60,338 bases of DNA. It comes from a virus. Its lineage: Duplodnaviria > Caudoviricetes. Position 1 is the stretch's first letter, and each line of letters starts with the position of its first letter. Of the stretch, positions 6,839-17,700 are shown in pieces. The stretch lies in the IMG/VR virus record IMGVR_UViG_3300000401_000002, positions 1 to 60,338 of that record; one strand, written 5' to 3'. The notes below the pieces were generated by a model, which did no database searches, was not told the origin of the DNA, and saw only the letters and a program-made list of their open reading frames with translations. The position numbers and the translations under genes are program-made.

Positions 6839-9268
6839 ATGGCAGTAAACCCAAATAACGGATCGCAAATAACAGCAAGGGTCAGTAACGAATCTGGCAG
6901 CTCAGTTGCACAAAATGTAACTAATGTAGTTTCTACTTCTAGTAACATTGTTGTTAGTTCCGGAGGTGTAGCTGATACAGTTGTTACTGGAATTGTTGGC
7001 CAAGCAGCACAGCCTGTAGTAGATATTGCAACAAAAGCTACACAAGCCGCAAGTTTAGTTACTAATCCAACATTAGGCGGAGCATTGTCTCTTTTAGGCA
7101 GAGGTTATCCGCCTTATAGAAATGAATTAGATCAATTTGCTTCTTACAATTCTATTTTTACTTTAGGTTGTTTAACTAACATGGAACTAAATTTTCCTCT
7201 TAGTTATAGAACTATGGGCCCTTTAATTAAAGTTATTAAAAGTGGCGGCACAGGCGGAAACAAAATTCCTACTATTTACGAAACTGACGGGAAAGTTGAA
7301 TTTTTTATTGACGATGTAGAAATAAAAAACCACTGCGCACCTAACCCTGGAACTAGATTATCAAATGCAATGACAGTAACATTTAAAGTAACTGAACCGT
7401 ATTCAATGGGCCAGTTTTTACATAATCTAAGAACAGCAGCGTTAGTTGCAGGACATATGAATTATATTGATGCTCCTTTCCTGCTAAGTGTTGCATTTAA
7501 AGGTTATGATGATGACGGAAATGTTAAAGCACCCTTGTTTAGTCAAAGACATTTTCCGATTAGAATTGTACGTGCAGACATGAAAGTAACAGAATCTGGG
7601 GCAGTATACGAAGTTGCATGTGCAGCATACAATGACATGGCAAGTTCTGATACTACACAAACAACTACACAGGATACTGTTATCCAAGGCGACACTGTTG
7701 GTCAAGTGCTACAATCAGGACCTGAAAGTTTAACGGCAAAAATAAACGAAACACAAGCAAGATTACAAAGTGCAGATCAACTGCCAGCAGCAGATCAGTA
7801 CGTGATTAGTTTTCCGCAGTCGGGATTGTTAGATTCAATTGGCGGAACATTTGCATCTCAAATTAATGCAGCAACAGTATCTTTAGGAAATACTTTACAA
7901 GATGTATATGAAGGTATTACTGGTGATACTAGCGGTGAATTCAACTCGGCAGCGGTCTCTGAAGCACAAGCCGAGTTACAAGCACAAACATCTATGTCGG
8001 CATTAGGTGCTACATTAAAAACATCTGCTGATGCTCAAGGTACTTGGAACAAAATAGGAAAAAGTAAAATTGTAGAAGATGCCAACGATCCGGGAAGATT
8101 CCCTTTCCAAGAAGCAGGTTTTGCCGAAGACGAAGAAAATCCAGGATATTTTACTAGGGGCAATCTAACATATGATACTGAAAACAGAGTATTTACATTT
8201 GCTGCTGGGTCGCGAGTACAAGATATAATTGAAGAAGTTGTACTCCTTAGTGAATACGGTAGAGAATTTGCAAGCAGTCAGCCTGATATGTTTGGTATGG
8301 TTGATTGGGTAAGAATAGAAACACAAGTATATAACGGAACTAGTTTTTTAAATGCAGGTGTAACAGGGCAAGACCCTAAAGTTTACGTGTATAGAGTAGT
8401 TCCTTATAAAGTTGATATTTCAAATGTAGCAGCACCTAGATCTGCTGTACTTTCAACTTTTACAAGACAGGCAAGAGCTATTAAATCTTACAACTACATT
8501 TACACTGGACAAAATACAGATATTGTAGATTTTGATTTAAACTTTAATATGGCATTTTATACCGGAGTTCAAGGGTCTAGAGGACAAAGGCAACAAGACA
8601 GTGTATTTGGAAGTATTGCATCCTGGGTAAGAGGTGATCAAGAACCTGCATCAACAACCGGAGGCGGCGGCGCAGGACCTGCTGATGCAAGCGGTGCTTC
8701 TGTAATAAGAAATACAAACGAAACTGATCGTCCTGCAAACGGTGGCGGCGCACGAGAAGGTTCTATAGTAAGTGTTGCACGACAGTTAAACGACATGCTA
8801 ATTCATAGTTTTAACGATATGATTCAAGTTGATTTAACTATTCATGGCGATCCTTACTTTTTAGCAGATGCAGGAATTGGAAACTTTGTAGGTATTGCTA
8901 ACCCGGTAAACAGTATGATTACTATTGACGGAAGTATGAATCCTATTGACGGCGAAGTACATGTTGTACTAAACTTTAGAACACCAATTGATTATGATGA
9001 CGAAAGTGGTTTTGTAAAATATCCCTTAGGTGGCTTCTTGCCTATAGCAATGTTTAGCGGTGTATATCAAGTAATGCTAGTAGAAAATAATTTCAAGGAT
9101 GGTGTGTTTACTCAAACATTGAAATTAAATAGAAAGCGCAATCAAGATTTAACACTAGAAAGTATTGCAAGTGCAATTATTTCAGATCTCAAAGGCGGCA
9201 GAGCAATTGGCGAAGGTACAGAAAACAATAGAGTTGAGCCTGTACCGGAAGCAGGCGAGGATAGGTAA
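6839..9268 (+). CDS. Baseplate hub protein (gp27/GPD-like, extended)
   Basis: Lies between gp53-like and gp5-like genes; C-terminal LTIHGDPYF...SGVYQV...FTQTLKL hub signature. Confidence 0.6.
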   Translation: MAVNPNNGSQITARVSNESGSSVAQNVTNVVSTSSNIVVSSGGVADTVVTGIVGQAAQPVVDIATKATQAASLVTNPTLGGALSLLGRGYPPYRNELDQFASYNSIFTLGCLTNMELNFPLSYRTMGPLIKVIKSGGTGGNKIPTIYETDGKVEFFIDDVEIKNHCAPNPGTRLSNAMTVTFKVTEPYSMGQFLHNLRTAALVAGHMNYIDAPFLLSVAFKGYDDDGNVKAPLFSQRHFPIRIVRADMKVTESGAVYEVACAAYNDMASSDTTQTTTQDTVIQGDTVGQVLQSGPESLTAKINETQARLQSADQLPAADQYVISFPQSGLLDSIGGTFASQINAATVSLGNTLQDVYEGITGDTSGEFNSAAVSEAQAELQAQTSMSALGATLKTSADAQGTWNKIGKSKIVEDANDPGRFPFQEAGFAEDEENPGYFTRGNLTYDTENRVFTFAAGSRVQDIIEEVVLLSEYGREFASSQPDMFGMVDWVRIETQVYNGTSFLNAGVTGQDPKVYVYRVVPYKVDISNVAAPRSAVLSTFTRQARAIKSYNYIYTGQNTDIVDFDLNFNMAFYTGVQGSRGQRQQDSVFGSIASWVRGDQEPASTTGGGGAGPADASGASVIRNTNETDRPANGGGAREGSIVSVARQLNDMLIHSFNDMIQVDLTIHGDPYFLADAGIGNFVGIANPVNSMITIDGSMNPIDGEVHVVLNFRTPIDYDDESGFVKYPLGGFLPIAMFSGVYQVMLVENNFKDGVFTQTLKLNRKRNQDLTLESIASAIISDLKGGRAIGEGTENNRVEPVPEAGEDR

Positions 9269-10713
9269 TGGCAACAGAAACTAGAACTCCTAGTAGACGA
9301 CAAAATAATTCAGGAATTTATATTGGGATAGTTGTAAATCACCTCGATACAAATTTTATGGGATCTATAGAAGTTGAAATAACCAAGCGCACTAGTAGCG
9401 GTAACTTAGTAGATTATGTTATTTGCGATTATGCTAGTCCGTTCTTTGGATCAACTCCTAACAAGGGGTTAGGCAATAATGATGATTATTCTAACACGCA
9501 GAAAAGTTATGGATTTTGGGCAGTACCGCCAGATATAGGCACAAGGGTTATAGTAGTAATGCCTGAAGGAGACTTTTCAAAGGCCTTTTGGATAGGATGT
9601 CTTCCCGATACTGGAATTAACTTTATGACTCCGGGATATTCATCTACAACATATAATAAAGATGATACAAGTAAAGCATTGCCTGTAGGAGAATATAACA
9701 AACTTACTGAAACTGGAGAAGGTAGAGATCCTACTAAATTTTTAAAACCAGTTAATACTGTAGAAAAAGAACGTTTAGAAAAAGCAGGACTTGATGTTGA
9801 TCATATTAGAGGAACAAATACTTCTAGCGGTAGACGAGAAGCACCGTCAATGGTATTTGGGTGGAGCACTCCGGGACCTTTAGATCTAGACGGTCCGACA
9901 CACGAATACGGCAAGCCTGGCAGAACATCAAACAGACCTTTTAATAGACTCGGTGGCTCTAGTTTTGTAATGGACGACGGTGACCCAAGTTTACTTCGTA
10001 AAAAGCCGCCAAGCGGCGACGAAGCAGACAAAATGGAATATGCCAGTGTTGAAGATGGAGAAACCGACGGAGATGGAAAATATCCAGCAAATGATTTAAT
10101 TAGAATACAAACAAGAACTGGCCATCAAATAGTAATGCATAACTCGGAGGATCTAATTTATATTTCTCACGGTAGCGGAAATAGTTGGATCGAAATGACA
10201 GGCAATGGTAAAATTGATGTTTATGCAAAAGACAGTATTAGTTTTAGAACTGAAAATGACATTAATTTTTATGCTGATAGAGATATTAATTTTGAAGCAA
10301 AACGCAATATGAACATTACTACTGGCGAAAACTTTTTTGTACATACTATAGGCAATTGGGAAATTAAAGCAGATACTGATGGAAAACTAAGAGCCGATGG
10401 TAACACAAATATTTCAGCCGGTGGCGATCATAGAGAAACTACCGACGGTAAGATCTACATGAACAGTTCGGACGGTGCAGCAGAAGAAGCTGGAACAGCA
10501 AGTGTTCCGGTGCGTATTCCGCATCACGAACCATGGCCAGATCATGAACATCTCGATCCTAAAAACTTTGTACCCGAAGAAACAGCAGCAAAACCTTATG
10601 ACGATCCTGAAAACGAAGAAGCTCGACAAGGATTATTATTAAACGGCACCACTGACGAACTTCCAGAACCTCCGTTTCCTGAAATACCTGATACATTCAA
10701 GAAACCAACCTAA
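9268..10713 (+). CDS. gp5: Baseplate central spike (T4 gp5 / VgrG-like), no lysozyme domain evident
   Basis: N-terminal OB-fold (YGFWAVPPDIGTRVIV...FWIGC), TRTGHQIVM...SWIEMTGNGKIDVY, followed by beta-helix repeats. Confidence 0.75.
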   Translation: MATETRTPSRRQNNSGIYIGIVVNHLDTNFMGSIEVEITKRTSSGNLVDYVICDYASPFFGSTPNKGLGNNDDYSNTQKSYGFWAVPPDIGTRVIVVMPEGDFSKAFWIGCLPDTGINFMTPGYSSTTYNKDDTSKALPVGEYNKLTETGEGRDPTKFLKPVNTVEKERLEKAGLDVDHIRGTNTSSGRREAPSMVFGWSTPGPLDLDGPTHEYGKPGRTSNRPFNRLGGSSFVMDDGDPSLLRKKPPSGDEADKMEYASVEDGETDGDGKYPANDLIRIQTRTGHQIVMHNSEDLIYISHGSGNSWIEMTGNGKIDVYAKDSISFRTENDINFYADRDINFEAKRNMNITTGENFFVHTIGNWEIKADTDGKLRADGNTNISAGGDHRETTDGKIYMNSSDGAAEEAGTASVPVRIPHHEPWPDHEHLDPKNFVPEETAAKPYDDPENEEARQGLLLNGTTDELPEPPFPEIPDTFKKPT

Positions 10714-10721
10714 GGTAAATA
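10714..10721 (+). promoter_or_regulatory. Late promoter GGTAAATA
   Basis: TAAATA core 4 nt before the gp25 ATG. Confidence 0.6.
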
Positions 10722-10725
10722 CGTT

Positions 10726-11175
10726 ATGAGCAGTTTAGAAAAGAAATTATATAAAGAAATACAAGTCAAGTCAAACACTAATTATGACAAGATTGCTGAT
10801 ACAGGTCCAACTTATAAAGGATTTAGTACAGTTGATTCTGAATCTAACTCTCATGTCTTATACGATATTGCATTAATTAAACAAGATATTGTAAATCACT
10901 TCCATATACGACAAGGCGAAAAACTTTCGGACCCAGAGTTTGGCACAATTATTTGGGATATAATTTTTGAGCCTTTAACTGATGATGTTAAAAACGCAAT
11001 TATTAGCAATGTATCAAGAATTGTCAACTATGATCCTCGAGTACAAGTTAACCAAATAACGGTTGATTCTTATGAAAGCGGAATACTTGTTGAATGCGAA
11101 TTAGCATACCTTCCATATAGCATTGTAGAGAAGCTTCAATTCAAATTTGATGAAGAAGCAGGCTTCCTGCAATAA
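10726..11175 (+). CDS. gp25: Baseplate wedge subunit (T4 gp25-like)
   Basis: IKQDIVNHFHIRQGEKLSDPEFGTIIWDIIFEP...YDPRV, the GPW/gp25 family pattern. Confidence 0.9.
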   Translation: MSSLEKKLYKEIQVKSNTNYDKIADTGPTYKGFSTVDSESNSHVLYDIALIKQDIVNHFHIRQGEKLSDPEFGTIIWDIIFEPLTDDVKNAIISNVSRIVNYDPRVQVNQITVDSYESGILVECELAYLPYSIVEKLQFKFDEEAGFLQ

Positions 11176-11196
11176 TATACGCACTTTTTAATATCT

Positions 11197-11204
11197 GCTA
11201 AATA
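11197..11204 (+). promoter_or_regulatory. Late promoter GCTAAATA
   Basis: TAAATA core in the intergenic gap before the gp6-like gene. Confidence 0.65.
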
Positions 11205-11229
11205 TTATTGTATAAACAAGGAATAGCTA

Positions 11230-14200
11230 ATGTCCTCTACAGATAGACAAAACAGATTATTACAAACTGAAGACTGGAAGCGTGTCTACCAATCTTTCCG
11301 TAATGCAGACTTTCAAAGTTATGATTTTGACAACTTGCGTCGAACAATGATTCAGTATCTAAGGGAAAACTATCCCGAAGATTTTAACGACTATGTTGAG
11401 TCTAGTGAATATCTAGCACTAATAGATCTAATTGCATTCCTTGGTCAAAATATTAGCTTCCGTATTGATCTAAACGCTAGAGAAAACTATTTAGAACTTG
11501 CAGAGCGTAGAGAAAGTGTGCTACGTCTTGCACGTTTGCTGTCATATAATCCTAAACGAAATCAAGTAGCAAACGGATTATTAAAAATTGACAGTGTAAG
11601 AACTTCTGAAGAAATTATAGATAGTAACGGTACTAATCTACAGAACCAAACTATTGTATGGAATGACCCTGCTAATGTAAATTGGTACGAGCAGTTTATT
11701 AAAGTTTTAAACACAGCATTGCCAGTTAACGGAACTTTTGGTCGTCCAAACAAAAAAGAAACAATTGCAGGAATTAGTACAGAACAATATAGATTTAACA
11801 GTATTAATTCTGACATACCCACTTACGGCTTTAACAAAACAATTGACGGCAGAGCAACACGTTTTGAAGTAGTGTCTACTGATATTACAGACACTATTTT
11901 AGAAGAAGCACCGTTCCCTGGAAATAACTTTGCGTTTATTTACAGAGATGACGGCAAAGGACCTTCAAGTAACAACACAGGATTCTTTAGTCATTTCCGT
12001 CAGGGCGTATTAGATCAAGGAACGTTTACAGTTAGTAATCCAAGCAGCAATCAAACTGTTGCAATTGAAACACCAAACATTAATAACACAGATGTTTGGC
12101 TTTACGACCTTGACAGCGTAGGAAATGAAAAGAAATTATGGACTAAAGTTGATTCTCTAGAAGGAAACAACATCATTTATAATTCTGTTCAAAAAAATGT
12201 TAGAGACATTTATAGTGTATTAACTAGAGTTGATGATAGAATTAGTTTAATCTTTAGCGACGGTGTGTTTGGAAATCTTCCTAAAGGAAACTTTAGAGTT
12301 TATTTTAGAACAGGACTAAATCAGAGAGTAACTGTAAGACCTAAAGACTTTAGAAATATTACAGTAAATATTCCTTATCTTTCAAAGAAAGGTAGAGAAG
12401 AAAAAATTACTATTGTATACAGTTTAAAATATACCGTAGACAATAGTGCAATTAGTGAAACTACTTCTAGTATTAAATCAAAAGCACCGTCAACATTCTA
12501 CACTCAGAATAGAATGATTACAGGTGAAGATTATCAAGTAGCACCTCTAGGTATTAATCAACAAATTATCAAAACTAAATCTGTTAATAGAACATCAAGC
12601 GGAATTAGTAGATACTTTGATTTAATTGATGCAACAGGCAAATACAGCCAAACAACACTATACGGTAATGACGGTGTTGTTTATAAAGAATATCAAGATA
12701 AAGTAAAAAGTTTTACTTTTACTACAAGAACTGATGTAGAAGGCGCAGTCGAAAATACTATTATACCTATACTACAAGATGTAAAAGTAAGAAACTATTA
12801 CTTTGACAAGTTTCCAAGAATTCTTACAAGAGACTTGAATATTAAATGGCAACAAACTACAAAGGACACAGAATTTACTAGCGGGTATTTTTCTAACGTA
12901 GATGGAATACCTTCTACATTAGGATCTTTTACTAGCTCAATTCTACGACTAGTAAAAGAAGGAACACTTATTAAATTTGTTGCACCAGGTTATGTTGAAA
13001 AAGAAAATCCTCTAGATCCTGACACTAGTACAAACCATTTTGATAAAAACGGTAATCTAGTAAATGGTCCTGCTTCTGTTGTAGGCGACACATACTACAA
13101 ATGGGTTAAAATTATTAGTATTAACGGAACAGGTTTTGAAGAAAGAGAAGACGGGTTAGGTGCAGTACTAGTTAACGAAGTTATACCAACTGAAGCAATT
13201 CTTGCAGAAATTAAACCACCTCTTGCAAACGATCTAGATGCAGGCGTAAAACAACAATTGTATGATCAAATTTTTGCATATAAAGTATTTGGCTTGCGCT
13301 TTGATCAAGTAGAAGCACAATGGAAACTAGTAACAGAAAATAACTTAGCAATTGGCGAAGCATTTTCAACAGGTAAAACTGGTGATACTACCAACCAACA
13401 ACTTGATGCAAGTTGGTTATTACTATTTGAAAACAACGGCGAGTCATATTCAGTAACTTACAGATCAATGCGTTATGTGTTTGAAAGCGATAACGAAATT
13501 AGATTCTATTACGATTCTAATGATAAAATTTATGACAATAAAACTGGCAAGGTTGTTAAAGATACAATTACAGTTTTAAATATTAATCCTAAAGATCCTA
13601 CAGCAGATCCAAATCCGTTTACACAAGATTTTAAATGGGAAATTGTTGATGCATACAGAGATGCAGAAGGGTATGTTGATAGCAAAAAACTAGAAGTTAG
13701 TTATTATGACGATGACGAAGATGGCATTGTTGATGATGCTGACTTGTTTGAAGAAATTGTTTCACCAACAGTAAATTCAACTTCAAAGTATATCATATTT
13801 AAAAAATACGTTACTGAAGATGGCGTAGAAGATTTTAATTATTACAACAACGAAAACCAAGATATTATAGTTCTAAATTCTAAAACTAACATTAGACCGT
13901 TTAGTGAATATGAAAAAGACGGACAAGTTTTCTACTATATTGACGAAGATATTTTTGAAGTTTTAGACCTAACAACATTAAAGCTAAATCTTACTACAGA
14001 TTATAAAGCAAGATTAGGCAGAGACGGAATTAAATTTAGATACATTCATGCTGCTGGCGCAGAATCTAGAATTGATCCTAGTGCAAGTAATATTATCGAT
14101 ATGTACTTGTTAACTAAAAACTACGACAACGAATTTAGATTATGGCTAACACAAAAAGCAGGAACTAAGCCGTTGCCGCCAAGCAGCGATCAACTTTACA

Positions 14201-14769
14201 TTGACTACGGAAATGATCTAAACAAAATTAAATCACTTACAGATGAAATTATATATCATCCGGTTAAGTATAAAATACTGTTTGGTTCCGAGGCTAATGA
14301 CGATTTGCAAGCAAGATTTAAAATTGTAAAAAACACCGGTAAAGTCATCAACGACAATGATGTAAAGGCAAGAGTAATTACAGCAATTACTGAATTCTTT
14401 GCATTAGAAAATTGGGACTTTGGTGAAACATTTTATTTCTCAGAGTTAGCAAATTATGTAATGACTCAACTATCTCCTGATATTTCAGCATTTGTGATTG
14501 TTCCAGTACAAGAAAGTCAAGCATTCGGTTCTCTTTACGAAATAAAAGCAGAAGCTGACGAGATTTTTATTAGCGGTGCAACAGTTGACAACATTGATAT
14601 TATAGATGCGTTAACAGCATCAAAATTAAAAGCGCAGGGCGAAGTTGTTCTAAAATCTACAACAGCAAACGTTGGTGTACAAAGTACTACAGTGTCTAGC
14701 GATGCACAAGATATTACAAATGGAATAAGCGGAAGTTCCAGTTCTAGCAACGGAGGTTATAGCTACTAA
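11230..14769 (+). CDS. gp6: Baseplate wedge subunit (T4 gp6-like, extended)
   Basis: DFDNLR...DFNDYVESSE...LELAERRESVLRLARLLSYNP, FSDGVFGNLP, QNRMITGEDY; follows gp25. Confidence 0.85.
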   Translation: MSSTDRQNRLLQTEDWKRVYQSFRNADFQSYDFDNLRRTMIQYLRENYPEDFNDYVESSEYLALIDLIAFLGQNISFRIDLNARENYLELAERRESVLRLARLLSYNPKRNQVANGLLKIDSVRTSEEIIDSNGTNLQNQTIVWNDPANVNWYEQFIKVLNTALPVNGTFGRPNKKETIAGISTEQYRFNSINSDIPTYGFNKTIDGRATRFEVVSTDITDTILEEAPFPGNNFAFIYRDDGKGPSSNNTGFFSHFRQGVLDQGTFTVSNPSSNQTVAIETPNINNTDVWLYDLDSVGNEKKLWTKVDSLEGNNIIYNSVQKNVRDIYSVLTRVDDRISLIFSDGVFGNLPKGNFRVYFRTGLNQRVTVRPKDFRNITVNIPYLSKKGREEKITIVYSLKYTVDNSAISETTSSIKSKAPSTFYTQNRMITGEDYQVAPLGINQQIIKTKSVNRTSSGISRYFDLIDATGKYSQTTLYGNDGVVYKEYQDKVKSFTFTTRTDVEGAVENTIIPILQDVKVRNYYFDKFPRILTRDLNIKWQQTTKDTEFTSGYFSNVDGIPSTLGSFTSSILRLVKEGTLIKFVAPGYVEKENPLDPDTSTNHFDKNGNLVNGPASVVGDTYYKWVKIISINGTGFEEREDGLGAVLVNEVIPTEAILAEIKPPLANDLDAGVKQQLYDQIFAYKVFGLRFDQVEAQWKLVTENNLAIGEAFSTGKTGDTTNQQLDASWLLLFENNGESYSVTYRSMRYVFESDNEIRFYYDSNDKIYDNKTGKVVKDTITVLNINPKDPTADPNPFTQDFKWEIVDAYRDAEGYVDSKKLEVSYYDDDEDGIVDDADLFEEIVSPTVNSTSKYIIFKKYVTEDGVEDFNYYNNENQDIIVLNSKTNIRPFSEYEKDGQVFYYIDEDIFEVLDLTTLKLNLTTDYKARLGRDGIKFRYIHAAGAESRIDPSASNIIDMYLLTKNYDNEFRLWLTQKAGTKPLPPSSDQLYIDYGNDLNKIKSLTDEIIYHPVKYKILFGSEANDDLQARFKIVKNTGKVINDNDVKARVITAITEFFALENWDFGETFYFSELANYVMTQLSPDISAFVIVPVQESQAFGSLYEIKAEADEIFISGATVDNIDIIDALTASKLKAQGEVVLKSTTANVGVQSTTVSSDAQDITNGISGSSSSSNGGYSY

Positions 14770-17700
14770 TGGCTCACGATAACGATCAGAATGAATTCCC
14801 ATTACCAGCAAGTGGAAATGAGAAAAGAACAAGTTCTTATCATCTTCCTAAATATTTTAGAACTGATAAAAACCAAAAGTTTTTACAGTCTACGTTAGAT
14901 CAGTTAATTCAACCAGGCGTTGCTGAAAAGATTAATGGATTTGTTGGAAGAAAAACAGCAAAAGCGTTTTCTGTAGATGACAACTACATTGGCGATGTTT
15001 CTGCTGATAGAGAAAATTATCAACTTGAACCTGTAAGTGTTATAAAAGATACACTAGGCAATGTTGATTTTTATGCTGACTACCGAGACTATATTAATCA
15101 AATTGGTAACTTTGGCGGCATCAATAACAACCATAGTCGAAATAACGCTCAAGAATTTTATACTTGGAATCCGCACATTGATTGGGATAAGTTTACAAAC
15201 TTCCGTGAGTACTACTGGTTACCGAACGGTCCTCAAACTGTTATAATACCAGGTGAAGACAAAGAAATTACTTCTACATATAAAGTTGATCTTAGAGAAG
15301 CACTAGGCGATTATTCGTATGTGTTTACGCCTGACGGGCAAACAAACAATCCTGCACTAAAACTATACAGGGGTGTAACATATGTTTTTGAAGTTAATTC
15401 TCCAGGATTGCCGTTAACATTTAAAACAGCAAGAACATTAGACGAAGAATTTTTAATTACTCAAAACATTAGTGCTCAAGGCGTTGAACAAGGTATTATT
15501 GAACTTACTCTAGGACCTGATACTCCTGCTGAGATTTTTTATGTTGCAGAAAACGATATTAATGTTGGCGGCGTAATTAAAGTAGGCAATCAGTCTGAAG
15601 CAACATTTATTGATGTAGAATCAGAAATTGTTGGTAAAAAATACTATCAAACACGAGATGGATGGAGTCTTACTAACGGTTTAAAAGTTAGATTTGAAGG
15701 TGATGTCAAACCAGAAAAATATGCAAATTCTGAATGGTATATTGAAGGTGTTGGAGACGAAATACAACTAGTATCAGATATTGATGTAGAAGTTTCATTC
15801 CCGGTAGGTATTGACTTGGTCGTACCATTTGACAATGAGGAAGGTTTTGATAGATTACCTTTTGGTACTGCAACAGGTTATCCAAGAGATAAAGATTATA
15901 TTACAATTAACAGAGCAAGCCCGGATGGTAACTTTTGGTCAAGATACAATCGTTGGTTCCATAAAGATGTAATAGAACTAGCATCGTCTATTAATAAGTC
16001 GGATGCACAAGTTGACCAATCACAACGTGCAAACAGACCTATTATTGAATTTGAATCTGGCATAAAACTATATAACTTTGGTACAAAGTCTAAACAAGTT
16101 ATTGATCTAATTGACGATTATACAACTGATGCATTTAGTACAATTGAAGGTAGTTTAGGATACAATATAGACAGTGTTCAATTGAGTCAAGGCATGAGAG
16201 TTATGTTCTTGGCAGATACCGACCCTTTAGTTAACGGTAAAATATTTGAAGTTAATTTTATTAACTTTAAAGGTAGCGGAGTACAAGGACAAATTACACT
16301 TGTGCCGACAGAAGATACAGAACCGTCACCTAATGAAAACGTCCTAGTTACAAAAGGTGATGCATATGCAGGTTCTTTATGGTACTATGATGGCACTGCA
16401 TGGAATCGAGCACAAGAAAAAACTTCAGTAAACCAACCTCCGTTGTTTGACTTGTTTGACGCTAACGGTTATAGTTATTCTGATCTAGTGCAATACCCTG
16501 CTACAAACTTTAGAGGAACTAAAATCTTTAGTTATAAAGAAGGTACTGGAGCAAACGACAGTGTACTAGGATTTCCGCTATCATACAGAAGTATCGATAA
16601 CGTAGGTGATATACTTTTTGATTTTAACTATAATAGTGATGTCTACGAATATCAAGTTAACGATGTTACATTTAATATTAATTCTAAAAACGGATTTCTA
16701 AGAAAGTTTAATAATAGAAATCAGTACAGAGTAATTGGAAGATATGAAAAAGCTGACAGCTTGTCAGAACAAGCTGTTGTGTTAAATTATGTGAACGATG
16801 GAACACGCATTACATATCCAATAAATTGCTATGATAAATCTGCTTTAATCAGTGATATTTCTGTAAAAGTTTTTGTTAATGACAGAATACAAACAGAAGG
16901 AGTTGACTATGAATTAGTTGATAATGCTGATAAGATTAAATCAGTTTCTTTCTTGACAACACTTGCAGCAAATGCTAATATTGTAATTAAAACAAAATCA
17001 AGCACACCTAAAAATGCTAATGGTTTTTATGAAATTGCACATAACTTAGAGCGTAACCCTCTAAACGAAAATGTTTCTTCATTCACACTAGGTGAAGTAA
17101 CAGAGCATGTTTCTACAATTACTGAAAATGTTCCAGGATATGAAGGTATCTTCCCAGGTCCTAGTAACTTGAGAGATATACCAAATCAAAGTCGTTACGG
17201 CAGAAAGTTTATTAAAAATAGTGCTCCTTTGAATTTAGCAATGTTTGGATTGCTAGACAAAGAAAGTAATATAGTTAATTCTCTAAGATATGCAAGAAAA
17301 GAATACAGTAAGTTTAAAAGATTATTTTTAGAGACTGCTGAAACACTAGGTTTCGAAGGTCCTGTAAAACAGCACGTTGATGTAATTCTAAAAGAAATTA
17401 ATAAAGATAAAACAAACAACATGCCGTTTTATTTCAGCGACATGATTGCACACGGTCCAAGTGTTACAACTAGAATCATTGTTGAAGATGCAGATGCACA
17501 ATTCTTTGCATTAAATACACCTTTTACATTGAACAACATTAATACTAGAGCTGTTACAGTTTACATTAATGATGTTCAGCTAGTTCACAAAAAAGATTAC
17601 ATATTCAATGACGAAGGTTACTTGCAAATTACAGCAACTAAAGAATTTAATGACGTCATTGAGATTAACGAATACGAAACAACAAACGGTTCTTACATTC

